From contig JACPPD010000007.1 of assembly GCA_016191145.1 (NCBI GenBank), forward strand, positions 91,158 through 155,157: a stretch of 64,000 bases of DNA, in the 5' to 3' direction. Positions 39,794-49,422 of this stretch are shown one piece after another (position 1 is the stretch's first letter; each line of letters opens with the position of its first letter). Below the pieces are notes generated by a model. It was not told the origin of the DNA. It saw nothing but the letters and a program-made list of their open reading frames with translations, and ran no database searches. The stretch is from Ignavibacteria bacterium (lineage in GTDB: Bacteria; Bacteroidota; Ignavibacteria; Kapaibacteriales; Kapaibacteriaceae). Made by a program: the position numbers and the translations under genes.

Positions 39794-41739
39794 AAGGGAC
39801 TCCAACCAAAGTCTCGCACCATTGTTTGTACGGCGTGTTCAAACCGACCTACATTGTCGTCGCGTTCGTTTCTCATCATCGTAACAATATTTATCATCGT
39901 CAGTAGCCTTGCCGGTGATTTTCTATCGTGTGTAATACGTGTTGCCTCTGTGAGCAGGGCACGCCCTTTCTGTTCGTCGTTATTTGCCAGCGCAAGCACT
40001 GCACGAACGTTTAGCAGCATTACCTTGTCGTCTGCCGACCTTACCGATTCTACCCCCGCTTCGTCGAGCAGTGCCTCTGCATCCTTCATCGCCTGCATTG
40101 CAATGCACGCCCTTGCAGCAATGCAGCGAGCAATTATCCGCTCATGACTTGTGAGAGTCTTCCGCTGCAATACATCTAATGCTAATCGGCGGGCACTCTG
40201 AGGCTCATTGTTTAACAGGTGCTCACACGCAGATCCCAGAATGATTACTGCCATTTGATGCCGTTCAGAAGATGTGCTTTCCGGTGCCGCAGGTTCTTCG
40301 GAAAGATCGACGGTTTCTGATGAAACCGTTTTAATCAGGAGTTCCGCCCTGATAAAATCCGAAGTATCGAATGCACCTATCATCTCAGCTCCAACTGCGG
40401 CAGACTCCAGCATGGCATTCATGGTAGCTTCATTCTCTGCTTCCGAACTATGTGCTGCTATGAATGCTGCAATCTGAAAACGAATTTCATCTACTGACGC
40501 TGCGTTGTGCTCCCGCGATAGAATTTCGACGATGCGTTGATGTATGTGTTTTCGTTCTTCATATTCCGGGTAGTGCAGGAAGTGCAGAAATGCAACGCTC
40601 GTTGTAAATTCATACGTCGTGGTTTTAAGTCCATACCTTGTCCGCATACCCACACTCTTTACACATCCTGTTTGCATTTGAATTCTGCGCAGTGTCCTGA
40701 CGGCCGACAACACATCGGTGTTCATCAGAGACGAAGCAAGGAAGGCAGTGAATTCTCTGCCCTCTGCTGCACAAAGCGATAGCGTGATAGCATCCTGCTC
40801 AGAGATTTCGTGAAGTGTAAAATCTGTGTAGGGATGATCGCTCAGCTTCACTCCGCTCTCTGATAGAGCAGTGTCGGGGATTACACCATCCTTACCGATC
40901 TGATTTGTGCGTTCGAAGTACCGAATGTATTCTACGAGGACTCCGGGGATTCCGGCGCTCCGCTCATGAAGCATCTGAACCTGCTTATCCGTTGGTTTTA
41001 GGTAGGGGGCATGTAATTCAATAATCTTCGCAACATCATCAATATTTATAGTATCTAGGTGAAGAGTTCGCGCAGCGGCATTTGTATGCTGCAGTAGCGA
41101 TGCTAATTGGAGATTTGATCTATTGGCAACAGATGGAGTTACACACCAAATCAGCAGGATTGGCTGGGCAGATGGTTCTTCCAGCAGCCTCTTTACTACT
41201 TCAACACTTTGCGCATCCGACCAGTGTCCATCGTCGATTAAAAGTATCAGCGGAGTTTGGGCAGCAACCCGACGCAATGTTGTGATGCAATCATCGACAG
41301 CGGCGCGTTTTTTTTGCTGAAGGGCAGCCGTTTCCTTTCTGAATTCAGTAACGTCTTGCGATATCGCTTTGATGGCGTAAAAAATGTCGCCGGCTATCGG
41401 TATCGATGCCAGCACAGACATCCCAATATTCACAGCGAGTCGCTTTCGGGCAGCCCTCTCTGTGTTTAGGAAGACCTGCTCCAGAGCATATCCAAACGGC
41501 TGCAGCGGCTGAATTGCCGATACGTTAAACGAGCCTATTGGTGGGCGACAATCTACCCTGACGATTGAATGTTCACCTACGCTGCCACCGAATGTTTCCT
41601 GAACGGCACTTAACACATAGCTCTTACCCGAACCCGGTTCGCCGGTAATGAACAATACATCGCCCTTGCCCTTGCGCCATTGTGCCACCGACTCATCGAT
41701 ACGACTTGCAAGATGTGTTCGTCCAATAATCTTCATCAA
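39790..41739 (-). CDS. STAND-type NTPase (AAA_16-like P-loop + TPR-like helical repeats), paralog 1
   Basis: Walker A GEPGSGKS, Walker B LILLIDDGHWSD and a C-terminal ~350 aa of alpha-helical TPR-like repeats. Similar in architecture and motifs to the protein at 47161..49395. Its start overlaps the upstream membrane-protein gene by 4 bp. Confidence 0.7.
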   Translation of the reverse strand: MMKIIGRTHLASRIDESVAQWRKGKGDVLFITGEPGSGKSYVLSAVQETFGGSVGEHSIVRVDCRPPIGSFNVSAIQPLQPFGYALEQVFLNTERAARKRLAVNIGMSVLASIPIAGDIFYAIKAISQDVTEFRKETAALQQKKRAAVDDCITTLRRVAAQTPLILLIDDGHWSDAQSVEVVKRLLEEPSAQPILLIWCVTPSVANRSNLQLASLLQHTNAAARTLHLDTINIDDVAKIIELHAPYLKPTDKQVQMLHERSAGIPGVLVEYIRYFERTNQIGKDGVIPDTALSESGVKLSDHPYTDFTLHEISEQDAITLSLCAAEGREFTAFLASSLMNTDVLSAVRTLRRIQMQTGCVKSVGMRTRYGLKTTTYEFTTSVAFLHFLHYPEYEERKHIHQRIVEILSREHNAASVDEIRFQIAAFIAAHSSEAENEATMNAMLESAAVGAEMIGAFDTSDFIRAELLIKTVSSETVDLSEEPAAPESTSSERHQMAVIILGSACEHLLNNEPQSARRLALDVLQRKTLTSHERIIARCIAARACIAMQAMKDAEALLDEAGVESVRSADDKVMLLNVRAVLALANNDEQKGRALLTEATRITHDRKSPARLLTMINIVTMMRNERDDNVGRFEHAVQTMVRDFGWSPL

Positions 41740-42713
41740 CGATTATCCTCATGCAAATTCGATTTCGGAGTAGCCATTAAAGCGCGAACAAGAAGCTCAG
41801 TTTCACTATTCGTGAGTCCCTCGATGGTGTGCCCCCTTGCATCAGAGAAAATCGATCTGTCGATGGAATCCTCTGCGCGTCCGTACATCAAGATTGCGGC
41901 GTATGTGATAAGGAGAATAAATTCCAGTCCCAGCGCTGACAGCACCATGCTGGGATCTGTTGCCGGCAGGAACTTAAGCCCCCTGACACCAATCACGATA
42001 ATGAGAATTGCCGCTCCCATGTATACCAAGCCTAGCACGGCATTGCTATAGCGGTCTGTGAAATACTCACGCATGTAAAATTTTATAGCATCGTGTGCTT
42101 TTAGAAATCTAAAAATACCGGAAGAGTTTCTCCACAACACTGCGCGACGCAGAAGTTCCAGATCCGGAAATGTGATGTGATATATATCGGCCAGATCGTG
42201 CAATCTTCTAGTATCGGAATTTATTATCTCGTTAGTTAGAGAAAGAATCTCCTGAGGCGTGTGTTCTCCGAACTGAATAAAGGCAAGCCGATCCAACGCA
42301 AGAAGTATTTCCCTTTCAATCTTTTGCCGAAGGTAACCGGAGGGGAAAAGAGACGTCAGCAAGGCCGCAAGAGTAAAGCTGCCTACGAGAACCAGCGGCG
42401 TGAGTGCGAGTATGGGTCTGAACAGATATTCCGCAACATACACGTTCCGTGGATCGACGAGTGCCCACACCGTAATCAAGCCAGTGGTAACGTGTTCAAC
42501 GGGGCGGTTCTCCGTCATTTGGTAGGAGACGACGGCTCCATCGTAAACCACACGGCTTCGGAGGAACGTCTCGAAAAACAGTTCAAACAGCGGTACGAAC
42601 ACGCAGTAAAACAGTGCCACAGCCAGCAATCCAATCAACATCCAAAATGCGACAACCTGCAATGGCGTGTGCCTGCTGAGCTCAACAACTCGGGTACGGG
42701 TGGTACTTGACAT
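41736..42713 (-). CDS. hypothetical integral membrane protein (2+2 TM with ~110-aa soluble middle)
   Basis: 325-aa ORF with two TM helices near the N-terminus and two near the C-terminus. No recognisable family. Translationally coupled to the STAND NTPase gene. Confidence 0.5.
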   Translation of the reverse strand: MSSTTRTRVVELSRHTPLQVVAFWMLIGLLAVALFYCVFVPLFELFFETFLRSRVVYDGAVVSYQMTENRPVEHVTTGLITVWALVDPRNVYVAEYLFRPILALTPLVLVGSFTLAALLTSLFPSGYLRQKIEREILLALDRLAFIQFGEHTPQEILSLTNEIINSDTRRLHDLADIYHITFPDLELLRRAVLWRNSSGIFRFLKAHDAIKFYMREYFTDRYSNAVLGLVYMGAAILIIVIGVRGLKFLPATDPSMVLSALGLEFILLITYAAILMYGRAEDSIDRSIFSDARGHTIEGLTNSETELLVRALMATPKSNLHEDNR

Positions 42714-42766
42714 ACATTAAGATAGCGGGTTGAACTCATATTCTGGTATCCGTATATGAAACGACC

Positions 42767-43186
42767 CTACTGCTGCTCAATCCACTCTATAACTCTTGCC
42801 TTTATCTGATCCCTGATTGTTCGAGTCTGTGCCAGAATCTCTTCTTCAGTTCCCCGAAGTGCAGATGGGTCCGGGAAATTCCAGTGGAGCCGCTGAAAGG
42901 CGCCGGCGATGTATGGACAGCGCTCGGCGCCGGCATCGTCGCATACGGTGATAACGGTGTCTACTGTGGGATTTGCCGACAGAAATTCATCCACGGTTTT
43001 TGTGGAATTGTTGGAGATATCGATCCCATCTTCCATCATTACCCTAACTGCTATGGGATTGAGAATGCCCGCCTCGAGACCTGCACTTTCTGCATGTACC
43101 AAATGGCCGTAGAAGTGATTCATATATGCCTGAGCAATCTGACTGCGAGCGCTGTTGTGAATGCAAACAAATAGTATGTGTTTCAT
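42767..43186 (-). CDS. arsC: arsenate reductase, LMW-PTPase/thioredoxin-coupled type
   Basis: 139 aa with a P-loop ILFVCIHNSARSQIA (CX5R) and a downstream Cys pair CDDAGAERCP, as in pI258/Bacillus ArsC. Confidence 0.8.
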   Translation of the reverse strand: MKHILFVCIHNSARSQIAQAYMNHFYGHLVHAESAGLEAGILNPIAVRVMMEDGIDISNNSTKTVDEFLSANPTVDTVITVCDDAGAERCPYIAGAFQRLHWNFPDPSALRGTEEEILAQTRTIRDQIKARVIEWIEQQ

Positions 43187-43190
43187 TGTC

Positions 43191-43904
43191 CTAACTTATT
43201 ATTTCCGACATGCAGGCTTCGCAACATTGCCTTCCGTGCGTTCTGCAACAGAGCATTACTGCAGTGAGGGCACCGAGAGTGGGCGATGCAACGTAGATCC
43301 ATAGATGGCTGATGTTACCTGACGCGACGGCAGGTCCAATACTTCTAGCTGGATTCATGGATGCGCCGGATATGGGGCCGCCTACATACGCCTCCACTGC
43401 AATCAGCGCACCAATGGTTACGGCAACGCTCCAAAGGGCAAACGTCTTTGATTGCTGCAAATACAGTATGGTGTACATTAGCAGGAATGTGAATGTAAAT
43501 TCAATTAATATCGATAGCGCAATGCCTCCTGTTGGATTCGTCGTCCCAAGGTCGGCATCTGCCGACGTTACGGCCATCAGAGTAAATGAAGCGAGAATGG
43601 CGCCGAGAATCTGTGATACAATGTACATGAAGGCACGATTCCGATTGATTTGTCCCGCAGTCAGAAATCCAAGTGTTACTGCAGGGTTAATGTGAGCTCC
43701 GCTGGTTTTGCCAAAGGCAAGGATCATGAGCGCAACTGCACCTCCAAAGGCAATGCCGCTGGCAAGCATTGGATTGACGAAAGGCACTATGTGCTGCATG
43801 GCTATGACGCCAGTACCGACGAAGACCAGGAAGAACGTTCCCGTAAACTCAGCTATAAATCTCTTCATACCTTCGTTTTGAGAATGGAGAGGTTTTCGCC
43901 CCAC
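43191..43904 (-). CDS. MIP-family channel (aquaporin/aquaglyceroporin)
   Basis: Six TM helices with two NPA boxes (SGAHINPAVT and SMNPARS). The true start is probably the internal Met (MKRFIAEF...). Unusual Cys-rich C-terminal tail CCRTHGRQCCEAC. Lies 4 nt upstream of arsC. Confidence 0.8.
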   Translation of the reverse strand: MGRKPLHSQNEGMKRFIAEFTGTFFLVFVGTGVIAMQHIVPFVNPMLASGIAFGGAVALMILAFGKTSGAHINPAVTLGFLTAGQINRNRAFMYIVSQILGAILASFTLMAVTSADADLGTTNPTGGIALSILIEFTFTFLLMYTILYLQQSKTFALWSVAVTIGALIAVEAYVGGPISGASMNPARSIGPAVASGNISHLWIYVASPTLGALTAVMLCCRTHGRQCCEACMSEIIS

Positions 43905-44395
43905 GGACCAACATGGTCTGAATACTGTTTTGCAATTACACGAACAATTTGCATGATGTGATTGAGATCGTGTGCTGCCCAGGTGGCAAGAAGGTTTTTT
44001 AGTGATACCCGACCAATCGAAGGATGCAGACCAATAAGAGAGAATTGTTTTTCGGTGAGATTCATTCTGCGAAGAGTTTTGATGTTGGCCAGACGCAGCG
44101 CTTCAAACTCGTCGAGAAGATTGTTCAACGTCTTGCCTTTCGACTCAGTGAGTTGTGCAAACCGATCGAACGGTTCAAACGCCTCGGTATCGCCGTGTTC
44201 GAGGATTTTATTCAGCCTTGGCATCCAATGTTGTCTATCTCCATGGATAAGATGGCCGACAACATCGTACGGACTCCATGATTCGCCCCCTTCATTGTTA
44301 TGCGTCCATTCTTCGTCGAGACCCTGCAACAAATATCTGAGCACGGATGGTGTTCGTTCGATGATTTCAATAGTGTGGTCAAGAGTAAAATTCAT
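43865..44395 (-). CDS. DinB/YfiT-like (DinB_2 superfamily) putative metal-dependent thiol transferase/hydrolase
   Basis: 176 aa with a His-containing four-helix-bundle pattern (VVGHLIHGDRQHW...HDLNHIMQI) typical of DinB_2 proteins. A weak, family-level call only. Confidence 0.45.
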   Translation of the reverse strand: MNFTLDHTIEIIERTPSVLRYLLQGLDEEWTHNNEGGESWSPYDVVGHLIHGDRQHWMPRLNKILEHGDTEAFEPFDRFAQLTESKGKTLNNLLDEFEALRLANIKTLRRMNLTEKQFSLIGLHPSIGRVSLKNLLATWAAHDLNHIMQIVRVIAKQYSDHVGPWGENLSILKTKV

Positions 44396-44469
44396 TATCG
44401 GGCTCCGCTGTGAACATCAATGCATGACGACAAATAGAAACACAATCATAACAGTTTGAAGATTCATGG

Positions 44470-44518
44470 CATGTTATGAAAATGAAATGGGTCGCCCGGT
44501 ATATACCGAGCGACCCAT
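44470..44518 (-). terminator. rho-independent terminator downstream of dnaK
   Basis: 9-bp stem ATGGGTCGC/GCGACCCAT, extended by the internal palindrome CCGGTATATACCG. Followed on the minus strand by the U-rich TTCATTTTCAT. Confidence 0.5.
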
Positions 44519-44545
44519 AGTATTAATCGGCCGGGTTGATTTGAA

Positions 44546-46465
44546 TTACTTGTCTTCGTCCACAACCGTGAAGTCGGCATCTTCAACCTTCTGTCCACCC
44601 GGTGCCGCTCCGGCTGCCGATGATGGCTCTCCGTCTTGAGTACTTTGCTGCTGACTACCAGTAGCCGATGCTTCCTGATACATCTTCGTGGATGCTTCGC
44701 TCCACAATTGGTTCAGGGCATCCATTGCCGGACGGATATCGGAAGCATTGTTCTTAATTGCATCCTGCAGCCTATCCTTAGCCTTTGTAATCCGATCAAC
44801 GGTGTCGGTATCGAGTTTGTCCTTGAATTCATTGAGCTGTTTCTCTGTACTGTAAACAAGGTTATCAGCTTGATTCCTCAGCTCAATTTCTTCCTTGCGC
44901 TTCTTGTCTTCGGCAGCGTGTTCCTGAGCATCGCGTTTCATCTTCTCAACTTCGTTCTTATCCAAACCACTCGAGCCAGTGATGCGAATGTTCTGTTCTT
45001 TGTTAGTTGCTTTGTCTTTTGCAGTAACACTAAGAATTCCATTCGCATCGATATCGAAAGTTACCTCGATCTGCGGAATGCCGCGAGGCGCCGGAGGGAT
45101 GCCGTCGAGATGAAATTTGCCGAGTGTTTTGTTGTCGGCAGCCATTGGCCTCTCGCCCTGCAGGATGTGAATCTCAACAGATGGCTGACTATCCGACGCA
45201 GTCGAGAACGTTTCTGTTTTCCTATGCGGAATGGTTGTGTTTGACGATATCATCGGAGTCATTACGCTGCCCATGGTTTCGATTCCAAGGGTAAGGGGCG
45301 TTACATCGAGCAGCAACACATCCTTAACATCGCCGGAGAGCACGCCTCCCTGGATTGCAGCACCAACTGCAACAACTTCGTCGGGATTAACACCCTTCGA
45401 TGGATCCTTGCCAAAGAAGTTCTTTACCAATTCCTGAATCTTTGGAATTCTGGTTGAGCCCCCTACAAGAATTACTTCATCAATTTGTGAAGGAGTAAGA
45501 TTTGCATCTCGCAATGCAACTTCGCACGGTTTAAGAGACCGATCGAACAGATCTGTACACAACTGTTCGAATTTTGCTCGCGTGATGTTTACGTTGAGGT
45601 GCTTGGGACCTTCCTGTGTGGCAGTGATGAAGGGTAAATTCACATCTGTCTGCAACATTTGTGATAGCTCCATCTTGGCCTTCTCTGCTGCCTCGCGCAA
45701 ACGCTGCAGAGCCATCGGATCCTTGCGAAGGTCTATACCTTCCTGCTTCTGAAATTCATCTGCGAGATAGGTAACAAGACGGTGGTCGAAGTTATCGCCA
45801 CCCAGATGCGTGTCGCCATTTGTAGACTTCACCTCGAACACGCCTTCGCCAATTTCAAGAATGGAGATGTCGAATGTTCCGCCTCCAAGGTCGTACACGG
45901 CAACAGTCTGATTCTGACCTTTTTTATCAAGTCCGTACGCAAGCGCTGCTGCAGTAGGCTCGTTGATAATTCTTCGTACCGTTAAGCCTGCGATTTCGCC
46001 TGCATCCTTTGTTGCCTGACGTTGTGAATCGTTGAAGTATGCTGGTACTGTAATCACGGCTTCGGTGATTTTTTCGCCCAGATAATCTTCGGCTGTTTGC
46101 TTCATCTTCTGAAGTATCATGGCCGATATTTCAGGGGGCGAGTAATGCCTTCCGTCGATATCAACTCGTGCCGTGTTGTTGTCGCCCGAAACAACGGCGT
46201 ACGGAACTGCCTTGGCTTCGTCTGTTACCTCGCCAATCTGACGTCCCATAAATCTCTTTATGGAATACACGGTGTTTTTTGGATTGGTAACAGCCTGACG
46301 TTTCGCAGCTTGTCCTACGAGACGCTCGCCACCTTTAGTGAATGCCACAACAGAGGGTGTAGTACGCATACCTTCGCTGTTTGCAATTACAATCGGCGAA
46401 GCGCCCTCCATTACGGCAACCACAGAGTTCGTGGTTCCCAGGTCGATTCCGATAATTTTTGCCAT
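44546..46465 (-). CDS. dnaK: molecular chaperone DnaK (Hsp70)
   Basis: 639 aa starting [18 protein letters not shown], with the DLGGGTFD and [12 protein letters not shown] motifs. AAGGAAA SD 8 nt upstream. Confidence 0.95.
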   Translation of the reverse strand: MAKIIGIDLGTTNSVVAVMEGASPIVIANSEGMRTTPSVVAFTKGGERLVGQAAKRQAVTNPKNTVYSIKRFMGRQIGEVTDEAKAVPYAVVSGDNNTARVDIDGRHYSPPEISAMILQKMKQTAEDYLGEKITEAVITVPAYFNDSQRQATKDAGEIAGLTVRRIINEPTAAALAYGLDKKGQNQTVAVYDLGGGTFDISILEIGEGVFEVKSTNGDTHLGGDNFDHRLVTYLADEFQKQEGIDLRKDPMALQRLREAAEKAKMELSQMLQTDVNLPFITATQEGPKHLNVNITRAKFEQLCTDLFDRSLKPCEVALRDANLTPSQIDEVILVGGSTRIPKIQELVKNFFGKDPSKGVNPDEVVAVGAAIQGGVLSGDVKDVLLLDVTPLTLGIETMGSVMTPMISSNTTIPHRKTETFSTASDSQPSVEIHILQGERPMAADNKTLGKFHLDGIPPAPRGIPQIEVTFDIDANGILSVTAKDKATNKEQNIRITGSSGLDKNEVEKMKRDAQEHAAEDKKRKEEIELRNQADNLVYSTEKQLNEFKDKLDTDTVDRITKAKDRLQDAIKNNASDIRPAMDALNQLWSEASTKMYQEASATGSQQQSTQDGEPSSAAGAAPGGQKVEDADFTVVDEDK

Positions 46466-46477
46466 TAATTCTTTTCC

Positions 46478-46918
46478 TTACTTGATAGAGATTTCTTGTT
46501 CCTTAGGTTTTGATGGCTCTGCTTTCGGGATCGAAACATTCAGAACGCCATTCTCAAACGATGCATCGACTTTTGATGTGTCGAGATTATCAGGCAATGC
46601 AAAGGAACGTGTGAAAGAACCCCAGCTGCGTTCTACACGCAGGAAATTCTTTTCTTCCGTTTTTTCTTCGCGTTTCTTTTCTCCACGAATCGTCAGGACG
46701 TTACCATCGGTGATGGCGATCTTCACGTCACTCTTTACCAATCCCGGAAGTTCTGCATGAAATGTAATGCTGGTATCTGTGTCGGCAATATCAACACGCG
46801 GTGAAAAGTCTCCGATTTCAAATCGGACGCCACCTCGGTTTACATCGTCGAAAACTTCGCCTACTCTGCGGAGCATATTATCGAATCCGCGGAACGGATC
46901 AACTTTGATGATTCCCAT
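46478..46918 (-). CDS. small heat-shock protein, Hsp20/alpha-crystallin family
   Basis: Alpha-crystallin domain (FHAELPGLVKSDVKIAITDGNVLTIRGEKK...ENGVLNVSIP). The start was chosen at MGIIKVDPF because AGGAGA sits 6 nt upstream. The longer track ORF running to 47047 is rejected. Confidence 0.8.
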   Translation of the reverse strand: MGIIKVDPFRGFDNMLRRVGEVFDDVNRGGVRFEIGDFSPRVDIADTDTSITFHAELPGLVKSDVKIAITDGNVLTIRGEKKREEKTEEKNFLRVERSWGSFTRSFALPDNLDTSKVDASFENGVLNVSIPKAEPSKPKEQEISIK

Positions 46919-47014
46919 TTTGGGTCTCCTAGAAAAATGTGACTGGTACATTGTATTTCTCCTTGAGGTGAACCAACCTGGTAAAAGCGTGCCAAGCACG
47001 ATAATCTGCCATTC

Positions 47015-47053
47015 TGACGCATGGGGATCTGAATGATGATTCTTCATGCGTCA
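47015..47053. promoter_or_regulatory. inverted repeat TGACGCATG-N21-CATGCGTCA in divergent hsp20 / STAND-2 intergenic region
   Basis: Perfect 9-bp arms (10 of 11 when extended) centred between the two divergent starts. Candidate operator. Confidence 0.4.
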
Positions 47054-47160
47054 AAATGGTGTTCTACCCTCTGCCATTTGTTCATACCCTTAGGTATCCC
47101 GAAGTTCGTAGCCCTATGAGAGCCAGCTTACTAAAAAATCTATGTACTCCGAAGGAGAAG

Positions 47161-49395
47161 ATGCCTGTCACGTTTTTGCTCGGTGATGCAGGCATGGGCA
47201 AAACAACACTCCTGCGCGAAGTTGAAGTACACTTGAATGCGCATGGCGATGAGCGATGTGTTTTAGCTGATTGTTCTGCACCTGTTGCCGGTATCGATGT
47301 TGGTAGTGTCGAAGCGTTGCATCCATGGATTGCAGTGATGAAAGCGTTGGCAACAACCAACGACAAGTCTAAGACACAATCGCTTGTGACAGACCTTGCA
47401 ATGGCATGGATAAAATTCGTTCCAATTGTTGGCGACCTTGTAGAATCAACGGTGAGTACCGTTGGCATCGTCCGACGTCACAGGCAATCAACCACTGAAC
47501 AACCCACAAGTAAGGAGCATGTATTTCAACAATGCATTTCATTTTTTAATGCCGTTGGTGAAAAACAAAAACTTGTTATCATTATTGACGATGCACATTG
47601 GGCCGATAATTCTTCAGTCAACCTGCTATTTGCATTGGCGCGATCTGGCACTCCCAATATCAGATACATTGTAGCCTACAGACCATTCGACGTGGCAAGT
47701 ACACATGGCGGAGAAGAGCATCATCTTGCTCGCATCAATCGTGAACTCACACGTTATGAATTGTGCGAAAACATCGAAGTACCACCTTTGACCGATGAAG
47801 AGGTCCGTAGTCTGTGCGGCACAATTGCCGGCCATTCTGATGATGAAATCGTTCAGAAAGTAAAGAAATTTAGCGGCGGAAACCCTCTGCTCGCGTTGGG
47901 ATGGATGGAAGGGGGCAAGGTAGCCGCATCCGTCGAAGCAATCGTGGTGGAGCGCATTCGCAGATTGGACACCGATTTGCGCAGCTTGCTGATGCTTGCC
48001 GCTGCAGAGGGTGAGACATTCACTTCGCACGTTATACGCCAACTCTCCACGTATCAGCCAATGGCAATTGCATCAATGTTGCGCAGAGCCGAAGCTGAGC
48101 ATGGTCTGATAAGGGCTCTGGGCAAGATGCCTGTGTATTCAACGGAAACACCGGCGTATGTATTTAGCAACCAGGCTATTCACCGAGCTTTGGAGGCAAT
48201 GCTCGGAACCGAGGAGCGAGAACTTGCTCACGGTACGATTGCAGATATTTTGACTGATGAGAGATCCAGCCTCGGCATGTCGGATTCAGAGTGGATGGCT
48301 GTGAGTGTCCGGCTTGCTGTGCATTTGGAATTGTCTGACAGGCAGCAAGAATCGGCCGCGGTTTACATGGAAATTGCACAGCGGGCATGGCAGCTCTATG
48401 CAGAGCACGAGGCATTGACGGCAATCTCAAATGTGTATCGGTTACTAGGTTCAGTTGCATCGGCAATCAGCGCCGACAAAGAGATAAGGTTGAACGCTCT
48501 CGATCTTGAATCGCGTATCCATCAATTTGCCCACCGTATGTCCGAGGTAGAACATAGTACTGAAATGCTGAGAACGTTTGCTCTTGAATGTGGAAGCAGC
48601 AAGGCTGCAGTAAACGCTCTTGTCCGTCGGGCACAGATTGCAAACATGAATGGCAATCCCGAAGAAGTACACACCTATGCGATACAAGCGCTGGATGAAG
48701 CTACGCGAATAGCATACGTCGACGGAATGCGTGGCGCTACATCGATGTTGGGTATGTGGCACGAAGCCAATGGAAGACTCGATGATGCAGAAGCATGCTT
48801 TAGGGCGACGTTCGAGTACGCAGTTACTGAACAATCGGACAAATTCAAAGCAACATCGTTAGTAAACATTGGTAGAATCTTCACTCACAGAAGTATGTAT
48901 CAAGAAGCGTTAGAGTGTTTTAACAACGCTGTGGAAATGTTGGAGCGTGAACGGGATTGGGACGGCATGGCGAGAGCACTAAGTAACGTAGGGATTTGTC
49001 GGGTAGAACTCGGTTTGTTTCCAGAAGCGGCAGCGGCATACGAACGTGCGCTCGAACTAAACGAAAGAATTGGGAGCAGGATCGGCGCGTCGTCGATTCG
49101 AACAAATCTTGGTCAGTTGTTGCTTCGGCAAGACAAGGTAGAAGAATCGTTGGAGCAATTCGAAAAGAGCATCAACCTGAAACGGGAGCTCGCGGACCCT
49201 TATGGTTTGGCTATCGCACTCTATTCAAAGGGACTTGCACTCAGTGAAAGCGGCCGGTTTGAAGAGTCCTTTGAAATCCTGGAAGAGGCAATACAATCGG
49301 CTGAAGAGTCGGGGGAAATGTTAGTCATCAAGGAAGTCAACCGCATCACAGAGATTGTGCGCAGGGCATCTGCCGGGCGAAAGTCAGAACATTAA
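47161..49395 (+). CDS. STAND-type NTPase (AAA_16-like P-loop + TPR repeats), paralog 2
   Basis: AGGAG SD 6 nt upstream of MPVTFLLGDAGMGKTTLL (Walker A). Walker B VIIIDDAHWADNS and a C-terminal run of clear TPR units (NIGRIFTHRSMYQEALECFNNAVEM; SNVGICRVELGLFPEAAAAYERALEL; ...). No DNA-binding or effector domain is evident. Confidence 0.7.
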   Translation: MPVTFLLGDAGMGKTTLLREVEVHLNAHGDERCVLADCSAPVAGIDVGSVEALHPWIAVMKALATTNDKSKTQSLVTDLAMAWIKFVPIVGDLVESTVSTVGIVRRHRQSTTEQPTSKEHVFQQCISFFNAVGEKQKLVIIIDDAHWADNSSVNLLFALARSGTPNIRYIVAYRPFDVASTHGGEEHHLARINRELTRYELCENIEVPPLTDEEVRSLCGTIAGHSDDEIVQKVKKFSGGNPLLALGWMEGGKVAASVEAIVVERIRRLDTDLRSLLMLAAAEGETFTSHVIRQLSTYQPMAIASMLRRAEAEHGLIRALGKMPVYSTETPAYVFSNQAIHRALEAMLGTEERELAHGTIADILTDERSSLGMSDSEWMAVSVRLAVHLELSDRQQESAAVYMEIAQRAWQLYAEHEALTAISNVYRLLGSVASAISADKEIRLNALDLESRIHQFAHRMSEVEHSTEMLRTFALECGSSKAAVNALVRRAQIANMNGNPEEVHTYAIQALDEATRIAYVDGMRGATSMLGMWHEANGRLDDAEACFRATFEYAVTEQSDKFKATSLVNIGRIFTHRSMYQEALECFNNAVEMLERERDWDGMARALSNVGICRVELGLFPEAAAAYERALELNERIGSRIGASSIRTNLGQLLLRQDKVEESLEQFEKSINLKRELADPYGLAIALYSKGLALSESGRFEESFEILEEAIQSAEESGEMLVIKEVNRITEIVRRASAGRKSEH

Positions 49396-49422
49396 GCGAT
49401 GCAAATCTGAAGTAGTGCGGAA

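Noticed and set aside
44636-45244. 202-aa ORF antisense to dnaK
   Set aside because: It lies entirely within the highly conserved dnaK coding sequence on the opposite strand.
46919-47047. N-terminal 43-aa extension of hsp20 (track ORF to 47047)
   Set aside because: An SD-supported internal start at 46918 gives a canonical-length Hsp20. The extension would cover the intergenic palindrome.
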